A program made the position numbers and the translations under genes. From positions 20,736 to 84,735 of IMG/VR virus record IMGVR_UViG_3300020183_000042: 64,000 nucleotides of DNA, one strand, 5' to 3'. Of this stretch, positions 49,544-57,711 are shown one piece after another (position 1 is the first letter of the stretch; the number at the start of each line of letters is the position of its first letter). Under the pieces are notes generated by a model that was not told where the DNA came from, searched no databases, and saw only the letters and a list, made by a program, of their open reading frames with translations. This DNA comes from a virus (Duplodnaviria > Caudoviricetes).

Positions 49544-50083
49544 ATCTCGCTGACTACGACCAAAAAAATCAAACCTAAAAGGTTGGCTGGGACAGGTGGG
49601 ACTTCCTGCTAAGAATATGATAGATCAAATGATCTCTCTCTGGAGCGTGAAAAATTTTATGCGGCTCACTATGATTTTAAGTTTTAAGTATTAAAATAAA
49701 TTTGAATGATCGTGGAAACTCTTATCATAAGAACACACATAAAAAGTTTTTTCACTTGACAGATTCTTGGCGATCTTGTATATATTATGCAGAGGGGAAC
49801 AGTAATATTCTACTAACTACTCTTAATAACTCTCATCCCCTGCATAACACCAAGAACGATAGACAAACAAATAACAGCGGTAATAATTAATCTCCTTAAC
49901 AAAGGCAAAGTTGACAAACGGCGCGCACCCTCCCATTATACAGTATCGGCCTGTGAACGCAAACCCTTGTGGGACCAGGGGTTATATAACTGGCTGGATT
50001 TGGGCCAATTTACGAAAGTTTTTGAGATGATGATAAGTGGTGTATAGTATCTATAGAGATACCCTACATTCGGAGAATCATTC

Positions 50084-50407
50084 ATGGCATTTAATCCCAG
50101 CCCCACAGGATATTTTAACGGAATAGTAACATTAGCATCAGGTGACTCGACTCCTAGTAGCGGAGTATTCTTTCCATATTCTGCATTTGAAAGTTATAAT
50201 GCTAGTACTAGTGGTGATATTAGACAGTTAGTATATTCATTTATTGAGAATATCTATGATGAATATGATTCTCTAGCATCAGAAGATAAACCATCAAAAA
50301 TATCCATATCAAGAACATCCACAGTTCCAGAAGATAATATTATTCGTAATACTTATAATCTAGTTATTAATCTAGCATATGAAGGATTACTGGTTGTTAA
50401 TGAGTAA
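50084..50407 (+). CDS. Hypothetical protein (possibly virion-associated), opposite strand
   Basis: GGAG RBS; TGGTGTATAGTAT motif upstream; Ser/Thr-rich. Confidence 0.7.
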   Translation: MAFNPSPTGYFNGIVTLASGDSTPSSGVFFPYSAFESYNASTSGDIRQLVYSFIENIYDEYDSLASEDKPSKISISRTSTVPEDNIIRNTYNLVINLAYEGLLVVNE

Positions 50408-50627
50408 TATCTTTCATTGGCGACCATTCGGGATAAATCATTTTATACAAACCAGGAAAAGTATCCATTAAATCCCTTCTCTGCTTAATTTCCATAGTAC
50501 TAAGCAAACGCTCAAGTACAACCCTAATCTGATAGGGACTCATATTATCCAGACTAGGTTTATGATCTTTTCCCACTAGGCTATAATCAGTTCTCATTTT
50601 CTTTCCTTTCTGCATAAATAGAACCAT
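50397..50627 (-). CDS. Hypothetical protein
   Basis: AAAGGAA RBS before MRTDY. Confidence 0.55.
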   Translation of the reverse strand: MVLFMQKGKKMRTDYSLVGKDHKPSLDNMSPYQIRVVLERLLSTMEIKQRRDLMDTFPGLYKMIYPEWSPMKDITH

Positions 50628-50951
50628 ACCTTTGGCTGACTACCAGCAACGGCAGCAAATCCGCTAGATTAGGTAAAACAGATTCTTATTTTTTGCAGCA
50701 AAATAAACAGTAGAATAGTGCTGCTATCATAATAAAGATTTCCAAACTAATCTAGTCTCCTAATATTAGTCATAAACCCAGTAGTACCAACACCTTACGT
50801 TACATTGTATCGTCAAACCAGTGGACTTGCAAGCAACCTTTTTGAGATTCTTTGACTAAGTTTCGTAATCGTTACCTTAAAAAATTGTAACTTGACATTT
50901 TGGCAGGCGGCGCGCCCGGTCTGCCATTTTGGCAGTCAACATATGTACGCA

Positions 50952-50986
50952 GAAAAGCCGCCGCAGGATTTCTCCCACGGCGGCTC
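50952..50986 (-). terminator. Intrinsic terminator after the DUF932 gene
   Basis: AGCCGCCGTGGG-AGAAA-TCCTGCGGCGGCT-TTTCT. Confidence 0.75.
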
Positions 50987-51013
50987 TCACCGCGACACCC
51001 CACGAAAGGAAGG

Positions 51014-51958
51014 TCAAATAGCGTTGGCAAACTCTAGAGCACTCTCCAACGCCTTATTATTCTCATTAGCATTTTGACCGAACCACAAACTATCGAGACG
51101 ATTATCGGTGGTACGACCCTTACCATAGTTAAGATATTCATTGAAGCCATTATAAGCAGCCCACCAAGTACCAGCCACACCAACAGCACTCTGCTTCGGA
51201 CCCTCAATACGAGCCAGAATATCGTCCATAATATTACGGGTACGAGTCTTAATATCCTCGTCAGCACCCTTAATATTCAGCACAATCTTAACATACTTCT
51301 CAATATCCTTCTGGTTGAACTGCTTGGTAGCCAGGAAACGATACTGTTCCGCAGTAGCCTCAAATCCAGCGTTAATATTGTCCATAACATCACGCACCGT
51401 TTCCAGATTCTTCTGGCTGGAGCGGGTATGACGAATACGGATCAGTTTACTATCATTATGCTTGTGGGCATAAGACAGCGTATTAACACACACAACACGA
51501 ATCGGGGTATAACCCACGCGAATAGCAGTCGAGCCGTCGTGACTATTACTTAGCAGGATAAACTTGCTGACCTCATCACCGCGAACAATCTCGCTGTTAT
51601 CACGATTCAACTGAGCAAGTACCCAAACCTTCTGACCGCTATGAAGCGATCCGGCAGTATGAATAGCACACTCATTAGCATCCAGAAATGGCTGGAACCA
51701 ATCAAAAGCATCCTTATTCTGGAGCGGGGTATAACGCGGACCCACAACACCCAGGATGCTACCATCGGTCTTACGATAGGTTGCACGATGGTTAACGGGT
51801 GTACCGTCAACAGTCTGCAAATCCTTCAGTCCGACTTCCCAATCCAGACCAGCCTCGACAATAGCGTCGTTAATCGTGACGCCCTCATCAACCTTGTTCC
51901 CCAGACCGTGCCAGGGAGTCTCACCGACAAACATCATCTTCTCAACAGCAGCAGGCAT
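51014..51958 (-). CDS. DUF932/DUF945 phage/plasmid protein (TIGR03299-like)
   Basis: PWHGLG, AGLDWEV, LGVVG.RY..LQN..AF, AGSL..G..VW, LL.NSHDGS, RVVC.NTL, T.WAAYN. Confidence 0.88.
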   Translation of the reverse strand: MPAAVEKMMFVGETPWHGLGNKVDEGVTINDAIVEAGLDWEVGLKDLQTVDGTPVNHRATYRKTDGSILGVVGPRYTPLQNKDAFDWFQPFLDANECAIHTAGSLHSGQKVWVLAQLNRDNSEIVRGDEVSKFILLSNSHDGSTAIRVGYTPIRVVCVNTLSYAHKHNDSKLIRIRHTRSSQKNLETVRDVMDNINAGFEATAEQYRFLATKQFNQKDIEKYVKIVLNIKGADEDIKTRTRNIMDDILARIEGPKQSAVGVAGTWWAAYNGFNEYLNYGKGRTTDNRLDSLWFGQNANENNKALESALEFANAI

Positions 51959-52087
51959 AATCAACTCCTTCGTGGTTAGTGTCACTCGCTTCGATGCACT
52001 GATTCTACCATAGGTTATCGGCAAGTCAACAGGGCGGCTTGAAAGTTTTTTTCTGCCATTTTGGCAGCCGGGCCGGCCGCTCTGCCA

Positions 52088-52594
52088 TTATGGCAGTTCG
52101 GTAACATTCAGGAGAGGAACTCCCAAATCACGTTGGCACAATTTAGAACCATCAATGTTAGAGCGATAAGCACACTCATCCGGCATATAGCAATAAACTC
52201 CAACACATTTTGCCATTGGGATTTCTTCTTTGATAAGATTTTTAATACGACGAACTGTTCTTCCACTACAGATGAGATCATCAATAATGATATAACGATA
52301 GGGAGATACTCCCTCAATTTTAAAAGAACTATAACATCGTTCATGTTTTCTAATCACAATAATATGCTTATCAAGTAATTCTGCGATTTGTGGAACCACC
52401 ATCAATCCGCTAGTACCACAGCACGCGATACTATCAAAATCATTGATTATTTTTCTAAGATTACAAACAGCACGAATAATAATCTTGTTTCGTGTTTTAT
52501 GATTCAGAATAAGAGAAGTATAGGAAGAACCCTGAATATATCTACCATCATTCATTTTACGATGAGCATCAATATCAGAATCAAGAATATTCAT
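52088..52594 (-). CDS. Phosphoribosyltransferase domain protein
   Basis: G.SG, IRK, IIIDDLICSGRT PRPP-binding loop. Confidence 0.8.
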   Translation of the reverse strand: MNILDSDIDAHRKMNDGRYIQGSSYTSLILNHKTRNKIIIRAVCNLRKIINDFDSIACCGTSGLMVVPQIAELLDKHIIVIRKHERCYSSFKIEGVSPYRYIIIDDLICSGRTVRRIKNLIKEEIPMAKCVGVYCYMPDECAYRSNIDGSKLCQRDLGVPLLNVTELP

Positions 52595-52597
52595 AAA

Positions 52598-52689
52598 AGC
52601 GGATGGTACGATTTGAACGTACTAAGAAAGGAAGATAAAGCGTATTATTGCTTATAAATAGAATACTTGTCCCACCAAGTTGCATCCGC
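52598..52689 (-). ncRNA. tRNA-like RNA with no recognisable anticodon arm
   Basis: Perfect 7-bp acceptor GCGGATG/CATCCGC; D-like arm CTTG-GTGGGA-CAAG; T arm GTACG-TTCAAAT-CGTAC; ~43-nt AU-rich middle. Confidence 0.65.
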
Positions 52690-52699
52690 CGAGAAAAGG

Positions 52700-52876
52700 T
52701 TATTCGTCCGAAAGTTCATCCATTATGTCGTGATAATAACAGTCAAATTCCCGTTCATTAGAATAGTAGTAATCATACTCATCATCAGAGTAAATATCCT
52801 CGTCATCGTCCTCATAGAGAGCATCACTGTCCTCTACAATACGATCATAATCATACTCATATTCATCATCAAACAT
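52700..52876 (-). CDS. 58-aa extremely acidic, Tyr-rich protein
   Basis: Hand-translated MFDDEYEYDYD...; AAGGAG RBS; promoter upstream. Confidence 0.7.
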   Translation of the reverse strand: MFDDEYEYDYDRIVEDSDALYEDDDEDIYSDDEYDYYYSNEREFDCYYHDIMDELSDE

Positions 52877-52927
52877 AAGCCTTTTCTCCTTTATCCTATT
52901 CTACACCAAACGGGCCAAACTGTCAAG

Positions 52928-52998
52928 TAGGGGTGGAAGGTAATGCTCCTTCTTCAATAGATTAAAAGTCTATTGCATCACTTTAATGCTTCGCCCCC
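52928..52998 (-). tRNA. tRNA-Lys(TTT), degenerate (non-canonical T loop AGCATTA, A8)
   Basis: ATAGA-CTTTTAA-TCTAT anticodon arm; all four stems form. Confidence 0.65.
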
Positions 52999-53117
52999 GC
53001 AGGGAGATCCAACTATATCATAGGTTATCGGCTTGTCAATCCCGCTACTTCAAAGAAAATTTCTGTCATTTTGGCTGACTACAGCCACCCTAGCCAAATC
53101 TGTAGGATTAGGTAAAA

Positions 53118-53204
53118 CGGAATCTGAGGGATTCGAACCCCCGGAGGATTTTAACCCTCGGCGGTTTAGTAAACCGCTGCCTTAAACCACTCGGCCAAGA
53201 TTCC
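53118..53204 (-). tRNA. tRNA-Ser(ACT), long variable arm
   Basis: GGAATCT/AGATTCC-G; GCGGT-TTACTAA-ACCGC; GGTTCGAATCC. Confidence 0.88.
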
Positions 53205-53207
53205 AAA

Positions 53208-53280
53208 CTGCCCAAGTAGGACTCGAACCTACAACCCAGCGGTTAACAGCCGCTTGCAACTACCATTGTGCTACTGAGCA
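53208..53280 (-). tRNA. tRNA-Asn(GTT)
   Basis: AGCGG-CTGTTAA-CCGCT; GGTTCGAGTCC. Confidence 0.9.
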
Positions 53281-53309
53281 ACACTCGTAACTCTAACGTC
53301 AGCCTCCGA

Positions 53310-53380
53310 TTCCGGGACTACGATTTGAACGTAGAATAAAGGGTCCAAAGCCCTCTGTGATACCGTTTCACCATCCCGGA
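53310..53380 (-). tRNA. tRNA-Gln(TTG)
   Basis: TCCGGGA/TCCCGGA; GAGGG-CTTTGGA-CCCTT; GTTCAAATC. Confidence 0.87.
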
Positions 53381-53452
53381 AGCCAGCAGAGGGAATCGAA
53401 CCCCCGACAGGTTGTTTACAAAACAACTACTCTACCACTGAGTTAGGCTGGC
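53381..53452 (-). tRNA. tRNA-Thr(TGT)
   Basis: GTTGT-TTTGTAA-ACAAC; GGTTCGATTCC. Confidence 0.88.
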
Positions 53453-53487
53453 GAGACTACATATAATACTCATCACGCCAGTGCTTG

Positions 53488-53826
53488 TCAACGGCGGATC
53501 GGGTACGCAGTCGCTTGGGCCTGTTGTCCATAACTGTGTCCCGATACTCCTTGTGTCCCGTAGGGATTTCCCAACGCTTCTTGACCTTGATCTGGATATT
53601 CTCGTATTTTCGGCGGGAAGTCATACCATTGTCCGTTTTCGTGTTGATAAAAAACTTTTCTAAGGTTAGGATCGTAAGCCATCAGACAGTATTGTACAGG
53701 ATAGGTTGGTTTTGTCAATACGGGTTTTTGAGGCAAAGGGATTTTAATATCACCCTTTTGATAATCTTTCAATCCTGTATATGCTAATCCCAACAATGCT
53801 ACCAATACACCTATCCATTGTATCAT
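53488..53826 (-). CDS. Membrane-anchored hypothetical protein
   Basis: GAGGA RBS before MIQWIG; N-terminal TM; preceded by a sigma28-only promoter. Confidence 0.65.
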   Translation of the reverse strand: MIQWIGVLVALLGLAYTGLKDYQKGDIKIPLPQKPVLTKPTYPVQYCLMAYDPNLRKVFYQHENGQWYDFPPKIREYPDQGQEALGNPYGTQGVSGHSYGQQAQATAYPIRR

Positions 53827-53947
53827 ACCCGATCCTCTTTGCAAGCGCCCTCTGGAAACCATACCATTTTATCGGCAAACCAGCAGCAAAAACTTTAACT
53901 GCCATTTTGGCAGCTCGGCCGCGCCGCCTGCCGTTTTGGCAGAATAA

Positions 53948-54019
53948 TAGCCCCAGGAGGAATCGAACCTCCAATAACTGCTTAGAAGGCAGTTGTTATA
54001 TCCATTTAACTATGGGGCC
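53948..54019 (-). tRNA. tRNA-Arg(TCT)
   Basis: ACTGC-CTTCTAA-GCAGT; GGTTCGATTCC. Confidence 0.9.
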
Positions 54020-54021
54020 AT

Positions 54022-54064
54022 AAAAGCCGATAGCCGCCAGTATCACTACCAGCGGTCTATCGGT
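54022..54064 (-). terminator. Hairpin/terminator-like structure before tRNA-Arg
   Basis: CCGATAGACCGCTGGTA-GTGA-TACTGGCGGCTATCGG-CTTTT. Confidence 0.6.
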
Positions 54065-54084
54065 ATTATAGCATATTGTTATAC

Positions 54085-54333
54085 TCAGGCAACAGTCTCC
54101 GCTTCAACCTTGCTGTTGTGAGCATCACCAGCCTGCTTCGCGGTCACACCAGTGACCCTAGCACGCCACACCTTATAACCCTGCTCGCTAAACGCCTTGA
54201 CTTCGCCAGCCTTGACGTTAGCATGAACGTCACCCGGAAGTGCATCACTCAGGCAGGACGAAATCGAATCCACAACAGTATCACGATCCAGTTCATCGGC
54301 CACAACATCGACAATAAAAGAAAACTTCTTCAT
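54085..54333 (-). CDS. Hypothetical protein
   Basis: GGAGG RBS before MKKFS. Confidence 0.7.
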   Translation of the reverse strand: MKKFSFIVDVVADELDRDTVVDSISSCLSDALPGDVHANVKAGEVKAFSEQGYKVWRARVTGVTAKQAGDAHNSKVEAETVA

Positions 54334-54649
54334 AGCAAACCTCCAAGTTAGTGTTAGTTCCAAACCAGTAAACCAATCATATCACGAACCATATCATTTG
54401 TCAAGGGGCCAATCTGAACTTTTGTAGTGTTGAGATCAGTTGGCTTCTTGTCGTGTGATGCTATCATTCTACCATAGGTATCGGCACTGTCAACCTCCCT
54501 ACATGAATATTTTTTGGGTGCCATTTTGGCAGCTCGGCCGCACCGCCTGCCGTTTTGGCATTTGGCTTTATGCTAGGCGTTCAGTACACAACATTCACAA
54601 CCACAAGCGGCCAAGCTCACCATCTCACGAATCGTCATGCCAACATTGA

Positions 54650-55057
54650 TCATGTTCTTTCCTCCAAAACGTAAACTTGTTTGCCTTGTGTAATCAGAGA
54701 GTCATATTGTGAATCGTCCCATGCGAACTCTCCACAATCACTTTCTCGTCGCCAGTAAACATCGCGGATTGGATTGTAATACAACTTCTCTAGATTGTCA
54801 ACACCAATCTCATTATTTATGATAACCGTATCACACTTTACCCAACCAGCCACATCCTTCACACCAGCCTCATGAACTTTCTTAGCCTTATTCACTTTAT
54901 TTACCAGTTTGCAACTCAACATCTCTAACTGATAAAGAGCCGGATCATAATAAAACTCTTGCAGTTTCTTTCTACCACACATGGCCTTGACTTGCCAGTG
55001 CATATAGTTTGGCCCACGAGCCAGATGAAATCGTACTTCGTAGTGTGTTCGTGTCAT
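54650..55057 (-). CDS. Hypothetical protein, leaderless
   Basis: RFHLARG.N..HWQV motif; ATG 6 nt after TATACT -10. Confidence 0.7.
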   Translation of the reverse strand: MTRTHYEVRFHLARGPNYMHWQVKAMCGRKKLQEFYYDPALYQLEMLSCKLVNKVNKAKKVHEAGVKDVAGWVKCDTVIINNEIGVDNLEKLYYNPIRDVYWRRESDCGEFAWDDSQYDSLITQGKQVYVLEERT

Positions 55058-55149
55058 GCGACTAGTATACCTTATTGGTTATTGGTTGTCAAGACTATAC
55101 ACTTTCGCTGACTATCGCCAAGACCGCAAATCCGTAGGATTAGGAAAAA

Positions 55150-55227
55150 CAATGTCGGCTTCCGCCATACTCGACCAGCATTTCAGATAGCCTCTTTTGA
55201 TATCATTGTGGCTATCTCCGTACATTG
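55150..55227 (-). ncRNA. Candidate multi-stem small RNA
   Basis: CAATGT/ACATTG closing stem; AGATAGCC/GGCTATCT; GGC-GGAA-GCC; own promoter; 45-bp element abuts 3' end. Confidence 0.5.
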
Positions 55228-55336
55228 TTCGTTCTAAGTATACCCTATAGATCGGCATTATCAATAGGATTCTTTAGTGCCATTTTGGCAGATCGGCCGC
55301 GGCTCCTGCCGTTTTGGCAGGAGTTATTCTATTCCA

Positions 55337-55585
55337 TTATTTTCCCCTCCCAATAATCAAACACGGAGTACCAACCTTCTCATCCGTAAACTTCACACAC
55401 GCATGAGGCCCATAATACCAAGCATTATTCTGTGAGAAATCGAATACAATCTCTTCGATCTTCAACCCCACATCATTATACCCACCCTCATACAGACCCG
55501 ATGGCCAAGAAATCCCACCAAGAGTAAGAACCCGCATATCGCCCGGATAGTTCTTCAACTGCTCAATAAGTTCAGAAACGGTCAT
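55337..55585 (-). CDS. Hypothetical protein (MTV.ELIE.L..YP.D..V...GYEGG family)
   Basis: Common phage N-terminal motif. Confidence 0.65.
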   Translation of the reverse strand: MTVSELIEQLKNYPGDMRVLTLGGISWPSGLYEGGYNDVGLKIEEIVFDFSQNNAWYYGPHACVKFTDEKVGTPCLIIGRGK

Positions 55586-55625
55586 TTTACAGTCTCTTTC
55601 TGCTGTTTCTGCCACTCTAATACCA

Positions 55626-55760
55626 TTACCGATACTTGAGACGTATCATAACATCGCGAGCAGACCAGAGAATATCCCAAAATCGCTCATCACGATACAT
55701 CTTCCAATCTTCCTCAGTAATCATACCTTTCATGTACCATCTAAACATCTTCTCGTACAT
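55626..55760 (-). CDS. 44-aa hypothetical protein
   Basis: Hand-translated; AAAGGA RBS. Confidence 0.5.
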   Translation of the reverse strand: MYEKMFRWYMKGMITEEDWKMYRDERFWDILWSARDVMIRLKYR

Positions 55761-55789
55761 TGTTTTTCCTTTCTATATACTTGTGTTGA

Positions 55790-55898
55790 TCGTGGTGGGG
55801 ACGCTATCCCCCATAGACTAGTATCGGTTCCCAGAGCATAACCGGCTCATTCGTCCCCGATAGGTTATCTAATCTAGTCCCGAGCCATGGACCCACGA
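55790..55898 (-). ncRNA. Candidate pseudoknotted structured RNA
   Basis: TCGTGG/CCACGA, GACTAG/CTAGTC, TATCGG/CCGATA, GAGC/GCTC; loop GGTTAT complementary to bulge ATAACC; 3' hairpin TGGGG..CCCCA. Confidence 0.55.
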
Positions 55899-55906
55899 AA
55901 GTTTTT

Positions 55907-55988
55907 GTGATGGTTGTCTCTCTACCCTAAAGGCGAGGGTTGGTTTTACCCGACAACTAGGTTGTGGCCTCCACTTTGCCAGCACCAC
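55907..55988 (-). ncRNA. Candidate structured RNA
   Basis: GTGGTG/CATCAC, TGGC/GCCA, GTTGTC/GACAAC, ACCCT/AGGGT; begins ~20 nt after a promoter -10. Confidence 0.5.
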
Positions 55989-56118
55989 TTTGTTTTGTCT
56001 TACTCAATCATTCTACACTCTAGTATCGGCTTGTCAACAGCAAGAATCCAAGAAAAATGTTGTGCCATTTTGGCAGTTGTCGCGGCCCATCTGCCGTTTT
56101 GGCAGCGTGGGTTTTGTT

Positions 56119-56583
56119 TTATGTTTCTACTTCATCAGTAAAAAACTCGTCAAGGTTGTAATCTTCCCACACTCTAACAGGAATCACACCCTTATCATTT
56201 CCATATTCCGTACACAGATCATCACCATCATGCCAAATACCACAATAGCCGATTCCAGGCTCAAAATAACTAGCATCAACCATAAACCCCAACCTATCCA
56301 ACTCCTCATACAATCCAATGGGAGGACTCCAAGCACTATCAAAACTCATGGTAGCCTCATTATCCACAATCGTAGGATGTAGTCCGTGAACTTCACCATT
56401 ATCACTACCAATATCCCACTTGGTTCCCCAGTTTTTGATATTCCAGTTGTACCAATCTTCACCCTCTGGCATCGGCAAATAATGTTCACAAGCCTTACCC
56501 TCCTTGAAGGCATGAACAAACTCCATAACCTTAGACCGATCCTCATGGCTAATCTTCAACTTGTTCAAGCACCAGTTAGGCAT
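56119..56583 (-). CDS. DUF1281/YubB ferredoxin-like domain protein
   Basis: MPNWC.N, WYNW...NWGTKWD, F.SAWSPP, Y.EPG..YCG. Confidence 0.8.
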   Translation of the reverse strand: MPNWCLNKLKISHEDRSKVMEFVHAFKEGKACEHYLPMPEGEDWYNWNIKNWGTKWDIGSDNGEVHGLHPTIVDNEATMSFDSAWSPPIGLYEELDRLGFMVDASYFEPGIGYCGIWHDGDDLCTEYGNDKGVIPVRVWEDYNLDEFFTDEVET

Positions 56584-56627
56584 AACTTTCTCCTTTGGTT
56601 CGATTCTACACTAGTCGTTATCGGTTG

Positions 56628-57103
56628 TCAAGCGGCCAAAACTTTACCAAACATCTTTTTTCCCACACGCAAATCTCTGTGGCTATATTTAGAACCAACA
56701 TATTTAGCAACAGTTCTAGTATCCATAACCCTAGCGGTCAAACCCTCTGGGCTAACAAACACCATAACCAGTTTGTGAAAGTTATTGGGGCAAATATGCT
56801 GAAACTTATAAGTATACTTGATTGTTCCACCAACAATGGTCATTCTGGCCAGACTAGACTTGACCTCTACCTTGCGACCATTCACAAGCATATCAAAAGA
56901 GTGACTACCACCAATATAAGAAACAGTGTGACCAGCATCCTTATAATAATCCCTAATCATACGTTCAATCGCACCACCCCTTACTGACTACTCATCCTAG
57001 ACAGTCTATAGGCCAACATATTCTTTTTCGGGCAAAAAATACTTTTCTTGTGGAATCCACGAACTTCGCACAAAACCTTATTCAAATGAGTTGTAGTAAA
57101 CAT
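56628..57103 (-). pseudogene. PD-(D/E)XK nuclease-like gene with a frameshift near 56983
   Basis: AAAGGAG-ATG at 57103 runs 40 codons to TAA; another frame carries RGGAIE...FDMLVNGRKVEVKSS. Confidence 0.6.
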
Positions 57104-57208
57104 AGTGATCTCCTTTGGGCGTATTCTAATACTAAATATCGTCTTGTCAACAGATAAAACTTTATTGCCATTTTGGCAGTCGGGGCGCCCGGTCTGCCGT
57201 TTTGGCAG

Positions 57209-57454
57209 TTATTCATCCTCTTCGAATAGTTCGGGCTGTGATGCCAAGATAACATCCTCTGTGCGAATAACAGTAGTAGTAGGTGTAGCAGTTAGATAAT
57301 CTCTCATACCACATTCATCAACATAAAAATATTCATCGATAACATCATTCTTATTACAACCCATAAGAGTTCTAACAGCCGCCTCCAAAGGATCGCAGCA
57401 ACTAGTAATAAGTTCAGCAGTATTACTCTTTACATAAAACTTAGGCATGATCAA
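57209..57454 (-). CDS. Hypothetical protein
   Basis: GGGAG RBS; coupled. Confidence 0.6.
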   Translation of the reverse strand: MIMPKFYVKSNTAELITSCCDPLEAAVRTLMGCNKNDVIDEYFYVDECGMRDYLTATPTTTVIRTEDVILASQPELFEEDE

Positions 57455-57711
57455 CTCCCTAGACTAATCAAAACAAAACCATCATCATTATAACACTCGT
57501 CATAATCTAATGTGTCATTGACAATCTCGGCATCATAAAGAATAGTATCTAAATCTCGATTGGTCATAAGAGTATCATAGTTAGTACCAAAACTGATATC
57601 ACTATCACAAACTGCCTGAATAACCCTATCGTAGTCTAAATCGTTATGCTTACACACGTCTTTGAGCATCAAATAAGTATAACTATAACTTCTCATTATT
57701 TTGTCTTTCAA
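57451..57711 (-). CDS. Hypothetical acidic protein
   Basis: Coupled ORF. Confidence 0.55.
   Translation of the reverse strand: MKDKIMRSYSYTYLMLKDVCKHNDLDYDRVIQAVCDSDISFGTNYDTLMTNRDLDTILYDAEIVNDTLDYDECYNDDGFVLISLGS

Noticed and set aside
55790-55988. Known self-cleaving ribozyme or riboswitch
   Set aside because: No CUGAUGA/GAAA, HDV, twister, pistol, SAM-I or c-di-GMP core recognisable by eye; kept as unclassified
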